Assembly: GCF_001194135.2 (NCBI RefSeq)
Contig: NC_068982.1
Span: forward strand, 75,501,534-75,565,533
Direction of reading: 5' to 3'
DNA length: 64,000 bases
Source: Octopus bimaculoides
Lineage: Eukaryota
The notes below the pieces were generated by a model. The model did not search any database. It was not told the origin of the DNA and saw only the letters and a list, made by a program, of their open reading frames with translations. Below are positions 25,035 to 38,021 of this stretch, one piece after another. A program made the translations under genes and the position numbers. The stretch's first letter is position 1. The number at the start of each line of letters is the position of its first letter.

Positions 25035-26346
25035 TTCCTTTTCAACTTTTTGTGTTTCTTCTCTCATTCAATTTTTAGTTCATTATGTGCCTGGTGAATA
25101 TGTTTGAGGTATTTCTCAACACATGAAACTATTAGTAGCACAAAAACATGTATCTATTAAAAAATATTTCTCTCTCACCAGATGGAGTATTTTTTTTGTT
25201 GATCTTACCATCAACAAAAACAGTACATTGTATATATATGAAACAGTACATTATATATATATATAACCCATGCTAGCATGGAAAGCGGACGTTAAACGAT
25301 GATGATGATGATCTACTCAATTCTAAGGACAATGACAATGATGCAGAATTTAATTAAAACATTTGATTAATAGTTTAGTAACAGGTGTGTTTAACATGCA
25401 CCTACTTCCTTGAAATTCCACCACAAGGTTCAGTCCTCACTGTGGTGTGGTAGCTTGTGTGTTTCAATAACCATGAGAGCTGAGCTATACTACCAGAGTG
25501 TAAGCTTCTGAAAGGCCCTGTCATGCCGAACAGGTCAAAGGATAGGGGCCAGAATAATATGGACCACCTCCTCCCAGAGGTAAAAATAGGAGGGTGGGAA
25601 CCAACTGAAGAGAAGTAGCAAAGAGAGCCCAGAGTCAAGGACAGTGGAGAAAAGTCATCAATGGCCTGTGCTCTGTAGAGGACAAAGGGCTTAAGTTCCT
25701 TGAGATTGATAGCTTAAAACCTCTTCAGTTTGTTTCAGCCATCATAAGTGAAGGCAGCAAAATGATAGAGTCATTAGAGCATAGGATATAATACCTTGTG
25801 GTATTTGTTCTGACTCTCTGTGCTCTGAGATCAAATCTTGCTAATGTTAGATTTTCAAGATCGATCAAAGAATACCAATCTATGTTGGGGATGAATTGGT
25901 GGATCTATTGGAGGGTTGAATAGGATGTCCTATCCTGTGGTATTTATTACAGCCCTTTCAGTTGAGACAGCAATTCCTGTGACATCTCTAGTGCCAAACT
26001 GTATTGGCCAAAGTCAGTGGTGTGAAAAAGGGAGATTTGCATACATGGGCAAATTATCAGTCTTCTTAGAAAAAATCTTGCCCTGAACTGCATGTACATG
26101 TGGAGATGCATGGCCAATCTTAAATGATGGAGGCCATTATCTTGGTTAAAGCAGTTTCAGAACTGTCTATGAAGATTCTAAGGCACCTGAGAAATATTTG
26201 GCAACAAAACTGAGTAGGTCAAGTGGTGACAGAGCCTACTGATTTGATTAATGGCGAGAAAGAAAAGACAAGCAGAAGAGGATCCATTTGAAATAGAAAT
26301 ATTGCAGAGAAATCTTCGTCAAGTTAAAGCAAACAACATTACTTAC

Positions 26347-26500
26347 CGACAAGAAGGACTACTAACTGTAAGGAAGATACAGACTGCATATGATAAACAC
26401 TGCCAACACCACATATCTTAACTGGAGTACTGTACAAGGAGTAAGAAGAATTTTGGATTTCACTGACAAAGAGTCCTTCCTCACCACCAAGAAGCAAATA
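26347..26500 (-). CDS. CIT: Citron exon, CNH (YLLLGGEEGLFV...GVGSVYHMQ...LVVLLV)
   Basis: Acceptor tatttcacag, donor gtaagt; G.EEGL motif; phase 0-1. Confidence 0.95.
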
Positions 26501-26762
26501 CTGTGAAATAAACATACAAACACAACAAATAAATATTATTCACATAGATATTTCGAGGAGAAATTAACAGTGAAATAGTTTCAACTGTGACAGTGAACCG
26601 AGAACTTTACAGCTGTCTAACATTCACTAACAGAGAAAACAACTGAAAGTCTAATAGGTGGGAAACTATATTCTCACAATATAGTTTATATTATGATAAT
26701 ATAGTTTCCCAGCTACTATACTGTTGAAACAGATTTTGCTGTATCTTAGGAGGGTCATTTAT

Positions 26763-26927
26763 GCCAATAACAAATACATGCACTGGTTCTATTTTACTTT
26801 TTTTTTATTAGTGAATTCATTAACATTTAAACAATTAACTAATTGATGGGTTATTTGGTTACTTGTTCAACTAATTGACTAATAATAATAAAAGAACTGA
26901 AATAGAACCAGTGTGTTTATTATTGGC
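26763..26927. mobile_element. Short foldback (MITE-like) element with about 50-bp inverted arms
   Basis: GCCAATAACAAATACATGCACTGGTTCTATTT is inverted against AAATAGAACCAGTGTGTTTATTATTGGC. A related arm lies at 32008-32060. Confidence 0.65.
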
Positions 26928-28578
26928 ATAATAACCTAACTGAAATGCAATAAAATATATTCCTACAAGCATGTGTAATAATTCAGAATAATATTCTGCT
27001 GGTTATGACGATAAGGGCTCCAGTTGATCTGATCAACAGAATAGCTTGCTCATGAATGTGCAAGTGGCTGAGCACTTTACAGACACATGAACCCTTAGCA
27101 TAGTTCTCGGGGAGATTCAGTGTGATACAGAATGTGATGAATCTGTAGTACCTTTGAAACAAAGGTACCACTCATTTTTGTCAGCTGAGTGCATTGGAGA
27201 AATGTGAAATAAAGTGTCTTGCTGAAGGACACAATGTGCCACTGAAATCGAACTCCCAATCTTACAATCGTGAACTGAATACCCTAACCATTAAGCCATG
27301 CAACTTCATTGAGCATAATTCAAAATAATACTCAATAGACAAAATAGCCATCTATTTGTACCATAATTAACCTATATACAGCACTGAAAGGCATGATGCT
27401 GTGGATTTCATCTGAGAGAAAATCTCTTCATAGACATGTAGTGAAAAAAACAACAATATATATCAGAGTGAGGCAAAGATTATTGTAGCAGTGACTCACA
27501 AGAACATCAAACGCGTGTTAGCTTTCTTAATACAACATGTCTATGAAGAGATTTTGCTTCAGACAAAAACCACAGCAGCATGCCTGTCAAGAGTATATAT
27601 ACATTAACTATGATACACAGAATGTAAAACCACAGATATATTTGTAACTCATACATAGGCATGGTTGCATGGTAAGAAGTTTACTTCTCAACCACATGAT
27701 CTTTGATTCAGTGCCACTGTATGACACCTTGGGCAAGTGTCTTCTACTCTAGCCCTGTGCCAACTAAAGCCTTGCGAATATATCTGGTACATGGAAATTG
27801 AAAGAAGCCCATTATATATCTAATGCATGTGTGTGTATGTGTCTGGTCGTGGGGAGTACTATCTCACTTGAAAACAGGTATGCCTCAACAAATTCTATTT
27901 GATCCATGCAAGCATGAAAAAGTGGATATCAAAAATGATGATGATGGTAGAATTACATAAAAATTCTACAAAGTATTAATTCCACAAATGGTTGATCTCC
28001 AGTATTTACAGGTTGTGAGTTTTGTTTGTTGAATATCCATCTATCCATGCATTGGTAGCATAGAATGAATGGGGATTGATTGTGAAGCAGGATTTTATAG
28101 TAGGATGTTCTCCCTGTCACCAACACTCGTTTTACAGATAAGGAATTTATACAATCTGCAGGCCTTTGAAAGTGCAGAGTGGCCAGCTGTAATGTCAATG
28201 TCACCATTGTTTGCTCAAAATGTGAAACATTCACATCTGCATGTGCACATACACACATTTATGATAGGATAACTACAGCTTCTGCTCACTAGATTCCCTC
28301 TCAAGGCACTGGAAGGCCTGGGGCTATTGTAGAAAACTTGCCCAAGGTGCTGCACAGTGGAACTGAACCCCAAAGCCTGTATTCATTTTACAACAGTAGA
28401 TGATTAAAGAAATGTGGTAATTAAGTAAGTCAATGCTGTAGACATAGAAGTGTCATTTCAGGCACTTTCACATGATAATGAGTGAGTTAAAATAAATGAA
28501 AGAAGGGAAATAGTGACACTTAAAGGGTTGAAAGAAAGTTTGAGACAAAAGGAAAGAGAGAGAAAAAAAAAACTTCAC

Positions 28579-28659
28579 CTTTTTGTTAAGGATTAGACAA
28601 CAGTTCAATTCAATTTTGAAGGCATCATTCAACTGCAGAACAACAGTGTGCATCAACCG
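28579..28659 (-). CDS. CIT: Citron exon, start of CNH (RLMHTVVLQLNDAFKIELNCCLILNKK)
   Basis: Acceptor ctactttttcag, donor gtgaag; phase 0-0. Confidence 0.92.
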
Positions 28660-29306
28660 CTGAAAAAGTAGAGTATTATTTAGGATGACTAAGTATAACA
28701 AGTATTGTGGAAAGTGCTCAACAAGATATTAACGCTTTAGTATTTACACCAACCGTATCTGGCCAAAATATTCTGTTTTATGTTCAAACTGGCCAGATCT
28801 GGCCTCTTATACTTACCCTACAGTGTCATTCTAAAAAAATAAACAATCACATCATTGAAATCTTGAAGCTACAAGACAATGCATGGTTAATTCAAAAACA
28901 ATGTGAATAAAGAAGTATTATATTAGACAGAGTAATTTGAATCGTAAAGAGTTAAAAACTTTCTAAAGATGATATTAATAGTTTATACAGTTGCAATCCT
29001 ACTAATGACTACTCATCTCAAGACATTTAATCAAATATGCCAACATCTATAAGTCTTATATACAGAACAATCTTCAAACATGACAGAGAAAAGAAAACCA
29101 TTGCTTTTGATTCCAACCCACCAGGGACTGCTCTTGGTTCTAGGATATAAACTTGCAGGTTTAAAATTACCTAAATTAAAACATTCCATCAACATTTCTT
29201 GCTAATTTATGTTTCAAACACTGAATAATGACAAAGTTATTTTACTAAATTCTTAAATCACATTCAGAATTAATTCAAATAAAGTCTCTCTTAACTCTTT
29301 TCTTAC

Positions 29307-29339
<33 letters not shown>

Positions 29340-29630
29340 TGTTTAACGTCCGCTTTCCATGCTAGCACGGGTTGGACGATTTGACTGAGGACTGGTGAAA
29401 CCAGATGGCTACACCAGGCTCCAATCTGGTTTGGCAGAGTTTTTACAGCTGGATGCCCTTCCTAATGCCAACCACTCCAAGAGTGTAGTGGGTGCTTTTA
29501 CATGCCACCGGCACGAAGGCCAGTCAGGCGGTACTGGCAACGGCCACACTCAAAATGGTGTATTTTACGTGCCACTCGCACAAGAACCAGTCCACGGCCA
29601 CTGGCAACGATCTTGCTCGAAAGTCCTTAC
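29307..29630 (-). mobile_element. 5'-truncated copy of the RTE 3' UTR with (GAT)n tail
   Basis: Highly similar to 30613-30960. Further tail-only copies at about 16830-16942, 25266-25312, 41960-42212 and 49991-50240. Confidence 0.8.
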
Positions 29631-30612
29631 GTTGAAATACAGTCTAAGAGAATTCATTGAGTAGTCACACTTTAGTTTGCTGTGATTAATTTGTGGAGAT
29701 GAGTAGAAAGTCTCTATCCAGTTCTAGGTGAGGTTTTGGAGCAATATATTTAACTTTCTTTGACAGATGACTTAAATGAAAATTATAAAAACCAGTGTTC
29801 TTGGGTTCTTTGAACTGAAGAAATTCAAGTTTGACTTTTCAATCAGTTGACCACAGATTTCACACCCACTTCTGTGTACCTCTTTGCTCCTAATAATAAT
29901 AGTATTTAGCCCAACATACTCCCTTCCAGCATACTATAAATAACACTTAATATCACCCTCATTTAATGTCCATTTTGCATGCTGGCATGCGTTCAATGGT
30001 TTGATAGATCTTGCAAGCTGTAGAGCTGCATCGTACTCCAGTGTCGGCTGCAGCATAGCTTCTATGGCTGGCTTCCCTTCCAAATGTCAACTACTCTATA
30101 GTGGCTTAATACTTTTGTGATTCTACTACTAAGCTTAACCACGGCCATGTAATACACTAGTTCCAAATGTAGAGAAATCTAAACAATATCTGTAAGGAAG
30201 AGAACAGAGAAATTAAGTTTATAATCATATATGTGAGGGTGGGGTGGGGGACTGTACATAAAAGATAGAAATTACTTTTAATTATAATACTTTAAATTAC
30301 TTCATTTTTGTATTTAGTTTGCAAGATTCTTTATGTGAATGCGTGTGTTGAAACAGATTTTGTTAATTGGTTAATCTTTTAGCCAATTAACTAACCAATT
30401 ATCTGACAAACTGTTCAGTCACTCAATCAATCAGTTAGTTTTGTCAAAGTCAACCTCATCAGTAATATGTCTTCTCTACTCCTGTTTTAGGCAGGTCATT
30501 GATGAGGTTGTGAAGGATGGTGAAAAGACTTTGACAGACTTAGCTGACTAATTGATTGACCGAATGATAAACCAAACAATCAATCAGTTAATTGGTTAAA
30601 TGATAACCAATT

Positions 30613-32002
30613 CATCATCATCATCATCATCGTTTAACATCTGTTTTCTATGCTGGCATGGGTTGGACAGTTTGACTGAGGTCTGTAGAGCTAGCGGCTG
30701 CACCAGGCTCCAATCTGATCTGGCAATATTTCTACAGCTGGATGCCTTTCCTAATACCAACCACTCCGAGAGTGTAGTGGGTGCTTTTTATGTGTAACCA
30801 GCACAGAAGCCAGCCAGGTGGACCTGGCATCAATCATGTTCAGATAGTGCTTCTTATGTGCCACTGGCACAGGAGCCAGTCAGGGGGTACTGGTATCGGC
30901 CACGTTTGGATGATGCATTTTACATACCACCGGAACGGGAGCCAGTCAAGGTCACTGGCCACAGCTACGATTTGGGTTTTACTTGACTCAACAGGTCTTT
31001 TCAAGCATATCATATCACCTGACGCATCAAGGGTACTCTTAAATGGGCTGGACATGCAACACTGGCATCGGCCATGGCTGCGATCTCACTTTACTTGCCA
31101 GGTCTTCTCAATCACAACATATCTCCAAAGGTCTTGGTCTCCTGTCATTGCCTCTGTGAGGACCAATGTTTGAAGGTCATGCTTCACCACCTCATTCCAT
31201 GTCTTCCTGGGTCTACCTCTTCTACAGGTACCTTCCACAGTTAGGGTGTGGCACTTCCTCACACAGCTGTCCTCATCCATATGTAACACATGATCATACC
31301 AACACAGTCGTCTCTCTTGCACACCACATTTGCTGCTTATGTCCAACATTTCTCTCAGGTTGCTTACACTCTGTCGTGTATGCACATTGACATTACACTT
31401 CCAGCGGATCATGCTAGCTTCATTTCTTACAAGCCTACGCATGTCCTCAGCAGTCATGGTCCATGTTTCACTGCCATGTAGCATGGTAGTTCGCACACAT
31501 GCATCATACAGTCTACCTTTCATCCTTAGTTGCCAGCAGAGGTAGGAGCTCCCTGAACTTTGTCCAGGCTATTCTTATTCTAGCCTCTACACACTCAGAG
31601 CAACCACTACAGACTTGGTTGCCTATGTAGCAGAAGCTATTAACAACCTGGCATGTGATGGAATCTGTTTTCTGAGCATCTGTGGTGTTTATTGCCCCTG
31701 TGCATCTGCCACACACAAAAACTATCTTCCTGGTTAACCTTCCTTCGATATTGCTGCACCTTTTATGTGTTCATAGCTTACACTGGGTACATCGTATGGA
31801 GTTTCTACCCATGCCTTTTCTACAGATTGAGCAGGGCCATCTACCTGAAGGGGTTTGTGATTTGTCAGCCTTCCTACTTACTAAGACTTTGGTTTTTGCT
31901 AGGTTAACCCTAAGGCCCTTTGATTCTAGACCTTGCTTCCACACCCTAAACTTTGTCTCTAGTTCTGGCAGTGACTCGGCTATTAGAGCAAGGTCATCAA
32001 CA
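30613..32002 (-). mobile_element. 5'-truncated RTE-clade LINE (end of RT, PHD-like finger, C-terminus, 3' UTR, (GAT)n tail)
   Basis: Starts at the degenerate xDD motif (VDDLALIAESLPELE...GLRVNLAKTK), then KGRLYDACVRTTMLHGSETW...GRPRKTW. The 3' UTR has about three diverged repeats of roughly 66 bp. Stops and frameshifts present. Confidence 0.93.
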
Positions 32003-32897
32003 ATTAACTAATAATAATTAAGAAAATGAGATAGAATCAGTGCATGTGTTTATTATTGGTATAATGATACTCTCAAGATGCAACAAAAAACTTTAAAATA
32101 TTCCACATACAATAATATTTAGATAAGTTATTTTTAATTAGATGTTTAATTATCAAAGATTACAATTTATTAGACATCATGTTTAAGCTGTATTCATTTG
32201 TTTATATAACATTTGCTTTTCTCTGCTAGCAGATGTTGGATGAAGACATTATTGGAAGATTATTTTACTGCTGGGTAACCTTCCTATCACTAAACCTTAT
32301 AAATTTTATAAGTAAGGTATTCTTCTTCTACTTGTCTTTGAACATATAGACAAGTAACAATTCATTTTTATTATATTCTACAGGGATGGCTCTGCAGTAA
32401 GAAGTTTGCTCCCCAAACACATATCTTAAGACTCAGTCCCACACTGCAGCAACTTGGCCAAATGTCTTCTACCATAGACCTAGCCCAGCCAATGCCTTGT
32501 GAATGAATACGGTACAAGGAAACTGAAAGAAGCCTGTTCGATCCATCTATCTATCTATCTATCTATCTATCCATCATTACCATTTTGATGTACACTTTTC
32601 CATGCTTGCATGGGTCATTGTGTGTGTGTGAATGTCCCTTTGTCATGATAGTGTGTGATAGTTGTAAATGAATATTACTCTCATATAAGCAGTGTCATTC
32701 ATTTCTAATAACCTGCAAAAATGTATCTGGCTATGAAAAGTATTACCTTACTAAAAACAGGTGAGTGTTGGCAACAGGAAGGGCACCCAGCTGCAAAAAA
32801 TCTGCCACAATAAACCCCATCCGACATACACAGGCATAGAAAAGTGGAATGGTTTAACAGACATTCATTTGATATATCAAACCCATAAAGAACATAC

Positions 32898-32997
32898 CGT
32901 CTGTTTGTTGGCACTGCTTCTCTTCTTAACAACAGCTTCCAATGCAGCAGCCCAGCGCTGCTTATCTGAGAAATTCATACACATGAGGTAGAGATTT
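32898..32997 (-). CDS. CIT: Citron exon, end of PH domain (NLYLMCMNFSDKQRWAAALEAVV...)
   Basis: Acceptor tgtcattacag, donor gtatgt; DKQRW..ALE motif; phase 2-0. Confidence 0.96.
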
Positions 32998-33497
32998 CTG
33001 TAATGACAAATAGAATAAATAGATCAGTTAATGTATTTAACCACACATAAGAAAAAGAACATAACTATTGGAACTGTTCAAGAGCAACAGAAAAGATTTG
33101 AATCAGATGTAAAAATATTTATAAGATAAAGAAATTTTGTTGGAAAATATAAAAAAAATGTTTATTTATAAATAAAAATAAAGTATAAAGAAAATTCACC
33201 ATTGTATACATTGCACACACACACTTTTAAGAATGAAAGATAATTTGAAATGAAAAGAAAGAAGAATGGTTAATTATTTAAATGAAATTGGCATGGTTTG
33301 GTTCCCAACCATATGGTTTCAAGTTCAATACCATTATGTGGAACTTTGGGCAAGCATGTAAAAAGTGGACATTAAAAGAATGATGATGATGACGATGGTA
33401 AAACAGAGCAAAACAAGTAAAGTGAGGAGAGAGGGAAGAAAAAGATCAAAAGACAATGAAACAACTCAATAAATATTAAGAGGAAGTGACTACATAC

Positions 33498-33737
33498 TTG
33501 CCCGGCCAACAAGTGTTGTCTGGAATCTCTTCAACTTTCATGATGTACAACAGATCGGAAGTAGCGGTGTTAGGAAGCTCAGCAGCTGTCACAGCACTGT
33601 GAACCACCACTTCATTGTTTGTGGTTGGATACAAGTCAAAAGAGTCAATAGGTGAGGAGTCGTCTTCATCATTGTAAATCATCAACATATTTCCATCAAG
33701 TTTCACCCAACACTGATCCCAGCTATTTTTACCACTT
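33498..33737 (-). CDS. CIT: Citron exon, PH domain (SGKNSWDQCWVKLDGN...HSAVTAAELPNTA...TCWPG)
   Basis: Acceptor aatttgtag, donor gtatgt; strong similarity to the Citron PH (AV.ASEL.NTA..D..YI, TCWPG); phase 2-2. Confidence 0.97.
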
Positions 33738-35893
33738 CTACAAATTAAACAAACAAAAATTGTATCGATATAAATATCATTTAATAAAGATCATACAACC
33801 ACTGTACTATTGGAACATAAAACTTATAGTAGCTCACATATAAATCCTGTTTTTATTAAGCGATATTTATCTTTTGCTGGATAGAGTACTGTTTTATTTT
33901 TGGTTGATCCTGCCAACAACAAAACAGCACACTATATAATAATTAGAAGAAATGAGGAATTGTTCTTCAGTTTATTTATATAAAGGTAAAGAATGTCTTC
34001 AAATTTTCCAAGCGAATGGGATGAAATAAAATGAAAAAGTACAATCGTTATTTAAGAAATTTTCATCTAGCACTTACCTAAAACATTGTATTCCTATATA
34101 TATATACATACACAGACATAGAATACATTCAAAAGACTGTATGAAGTGAAATGATATTAAACAACTAAGACGCATATACTCCAATTCCTATAATACTCAT
34201 GATTTTCCATTAAAAATTGTAATTTCAAATTTTCATAGATATTACAATAAATTTGTTCTTATTGTGCTTCACCCTTTCATTTCCTTCTCTCTCATATTCT
34301 CCTCTTACTCATGATGGTTCTTTAGTCATGCCAGTTACAAGGCGATCACACTCACTAATGTTGGTGCCCACCTACACATGCAGAAAGAGGAGTACATAGT
34401 ACATCCTATAAAGTGGTTGGCACTAGAAGGACTTTATAGCTGTAAAAATCATGCCCAAACTGAGACACTGCAGCATGAGATGGTGCTTTGTCTTGCTGGG
34501 TCCACTGAACTACCCAATCTATGTCAGTCTGGAAGACAGGCATAAAAATGATGAAAGTGATTAGAATAAACTAAAATTTGGAATGGAATGGTAATGGGAA
34601 GCTTTGAATTTTTAAAGAAATACTAAAATTTGATATTTAAAATTTGAACTATTATTTAAAAAATAATCTTATCTGACCTATGCAAGAATGGAAAAAGTAG
34701 GTGTTAAAATAGATGCTGGCAAATCTAATTTAGATACATTAAGTGTTATTTCCTTTAATTGAAATTTCTGTCATGAAATCAACCCAAATGTCTTTAAAAT
34801 TACACTATTTAGATATTTTCAAACTACACAGTAATTGAAATATATCCCTGTGGACAAATATGCAACAACCATTTTAATTAGTATATAACTCCCTTTCAAA
34901 ATGTATGTTACTGTGATTTTTCATTTTATTTAAAGAATGCAATAAAAAGAATTCGAAGAAAAAAAAAAAAAAACCCACTTATGTTTGTTTTTGAAAACAA
35001 TTGTATTACATAATTAGCTTTCAATGAGTAGACATGATTCTGTGGCTAAGAAGTTTGCTTCCCAGTCATATGGTTTTTGAGTTCAATTCCACTGTGTGAC
35101 ACCTAGGTCAAGTGTTTTTCAAAAGCGTTGTGAGTGGATCTGATAAAAGGAAATTGAAAGAAGCCTGTCATACATGTGTGCCAATGTGTCTCTTTTTGAC
35201 ATGTAACAGTTGTAACTGAGTGTAACCATATGAGTAGTGTTGTTGGTGATAAGAAGGGCATCCAACCTTGGAAGAATTTGCCTTGACAATTTCCATCTGA
35301 CCCTCGCAAGCATGGAAAAGTGGATGCAAAAAACAATGATAATGATGTATGATCCACTAACTAACACACAGAAATCTTTCAAGATCTACTCTTTAAAAGT
35401 ATGTATATATCCACTTCAAGGAAACATTACTCTATGATGAGAAAGTATACTGCAAACCCTTTCTGGTTATTAGTATAACAATATTTCTTTTATGTTAGTT
35501 TAACCTACAACATACTCAAAAATGTAAGAAGCGAAAAAACAAAATAACCCTCCAGTTCCCGTGTTCATGATAAACAGTCAGCCAGTCTTTGCTAAGTAGT
35601 CTCCCTTAGATAACAATTGTATTTCCTTGTTATGAGTAATGTTATTTAAGTCAGTCATAACTGAATATACATATCAATGATCAAAAATGTCCCAGCCATG
35701 ACTACCTAGTAGTTTTTCAGACAGTGTACACATAGGAATAACATTATCTAACAGCATTTATAATTTGGCTACTCTTTGTAGAAGGTCAAAGTGAACACAA
35801 AGAGGTTCTCCATCTTCATTATTTTCAAAATCAAGTCAAATAAAATCAGTGCATTTCAACAAGAATATGATGAGAAAAGGGTTAACAGTATAC

Positions 35894-36068
35894 CTTTGGA
35901 TCTTAAGATAACTTGAGATTTCACAGGGATTTGTTTGACTCGAATTCAGAGTGTCAGAAGATTCAATTCTACGCATACAAGATGTAAAGTTCTGAATATA
36001 TTCCAGTAATAGTCCACAGGTGGGTGGCACTTGTGAAGCACATTTCATATGGCACACAATATGACATT
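35894..36068 (-). CDS. CIT: Citron exon, second half of C1 domain ((E)CHIVCHMKCASQVPPTCGL...SYLKIQ)
   Basis: Acceptor tgttttgcag, donor gtatac; completes the His/Cys C1 pattern; phase 1-2. Confidence 0.96.
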
Positions 36069-36208
36069 CTGCAAAACAAACAATGGAAAATGGTAAGTAT
36101 AATGTGTGTTAATACTTATTATCCCAGGAACATTTCAACATATTCTCTGCTTTTTCCCCTCAAAAGGTTAACTGACACCCACATAACTGAAAAAGAAATA
36201 AGTCAACA

Positions 36209-36608
36209 CATCATCATCATCATTTTAGCAACCACTTTTCTATGCTTGCAAGGGTCAGATGTAACTGCTGAGGCAGATTTTCTATAGCTGGATGCCCTTA
36301 CTATTGTAAATCCTTACCCATTTCCAAGCTAAGTAATGTTTCCCATGGTCAGATATATTTTTTTCAATGGCAGACTGGAAACAAACAACATTACTTGTAT
36401 GATGGTGATCCTTGTTTACAACCATCATGTGATGTTAGGACAAGGGAACACATACACAAATGTGCATACACACATATACACATACTCATATACACACACC
36501 ATACTTCATTCAGTTTCTGTCTACCAAATCCATTCACAAGGTTTTGGCAAGCACACAGTGGGACTGAACCTCATGGCCGGGAAGCAAGCTTCATAACTAT
36601 AGCACCAT
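36209..36608 (-). mobile_element. tRNA-derived SINE with RTE-like (GAT)n tail
   Basis: Most abundant SINE family in the window, with more than 20 fragments (e.g. about 1230-1585, 3470-3850, 20215-20450, 23600-23975, 27650-27950, 35030-35350, 58500-58915, 60410-60825). Confidence 0.8.
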
Positions 36609-36690
36609 GACTTTGCATACTAAATTTCTAAAATACTTTCCCAAAATATGATATTTTCATATTTGTCAACAAAAAGAAAAAAAAAAAAAA

Positions 36691-36700
36691 NNNNNNNNNN
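36691..36700. other. Assembly gap (10 N) in poly-A
   Basis: Run of N. Confidence 0.95.
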
Positions 36701-36794
36701 AAAAAAAAAAAAAAAAAAAACCACTGAGATCTACTGAAAGTAGAGTCAGCTCAAAACTATTTCTTGATTTTGAAATTTATTGCTAGAAGTAACG

Positions 36795-37105
36795 ACATAA
36801 CTGTGTGGTGCAGAATTTCACTTCAGAACCATATGGCTTTAGATTCAGTCTCACTGAGTGGCGCCTTGAGTGTCTTCTATTATAGTCTCCAGGCCAACCA
36901 AGGCTATGTGAGAGAATTTGGTGATGATTGTAAATGAGCGTCACTTCATATATGACATTGTTTGTTTCCAGTCTTTCAACATTTCTGGCCATGGGGAAAT
37001 ATTACTTTGCTTGGAAAGAAGTAAGGTTGTAGAAAATCTGCCTCAACAAATTCCATCTGACCCATGCAAGCATGGAAAAGTTTACATTAAAACGATGGTG
37101 ATGAT
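36795..37105 (+). mobile_element. tRNA-derived SINE, inverted relative to 36209-36608
   Basis: Same head and tail sequence in the opposite orientation. Confidence 0.8.
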
Positions 37106-38021
37106 ATGTGTGTGCATGCAAAGTGCATCAATATTCATATGTTCCACACACATCACTGCTAGAGTAAAGAGGTGCTATGTTAACATTCCTTGTTGATATA
37201 ACAGCATATCTTTCTTTGCTTTCAAAGACATGTGGGTTAAAGATATCCTTAACTTGAAAAACAGGTGAGCATTGGTGACAGGAAGAGCAGCCAGCCATGC
37301 TAACATGGAGAAGTAAATGTTAAACAAACAGGACCAACCCTTTTCATATCAACCTGCCTGAGACTGCCCCTAGTTCTTGGAACAAAGTCCTTGTTTTAAA
37401 GTGATCTAAATGAAATCCTTCCATCCACCAGCTTAAGAATAAAAGTAAGGATACTAAATTCTTTATTATTTCCAAAATGAAAATTGGATTCAGGCAGGTT
37501 GGTAGCAAAGGGATTAAATGTCAGTATCAGAATTAATACTCAGCAATATCAATTACCATTACTGTGGAACCCTGAAAGTATGTAACTATCCAACTGGGTT
37601 TTTATTTATTTTCTCCCAACCATTGCTAGATATGAAAAAAATGTGGTTTGCATATGAACAAGAAAGCATATGGCAGAAAGGTCCTTTTAATCCTGTCTTG
37701 CTGAGGATTATTCAACCTCTCTAGTGTTAATGTCACAAGAAAATGCACCCAATTACATTCTGTAAAGTAGTCGGCAATACGAAAGGCGCTTTGATGTAGA
37801 AATCAAGCCAAATAACATGAGCACCAGTCTAAAGGAGTAATAGCTCCCAATAACAAATGACACTGTGACAACTTGTCTTACCTATGTCAGCATGGAAAGT
37901 GGGTATAAAATGATGCTGATGATCCACAAAATAAAAATACTATTTAAAAACTTCACAAAGAATATGTGATAGAGGGGTTGGATTTATTAGCTACTGAAAA
38001 AGTGAAGTACAGCATATTTAC

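Noticed and set aside
25490-25610. Sequence reminiscent of an RTE 5' UTR with a CCACCTCCT...AGGAGGGTGG hairpin; considered as an HDV-like ribozyme
   Set aside because: I could not fit the P1/P2/P3/P1.1 nested pseudoknot by eye. A descriptor or covariance search would be needed.
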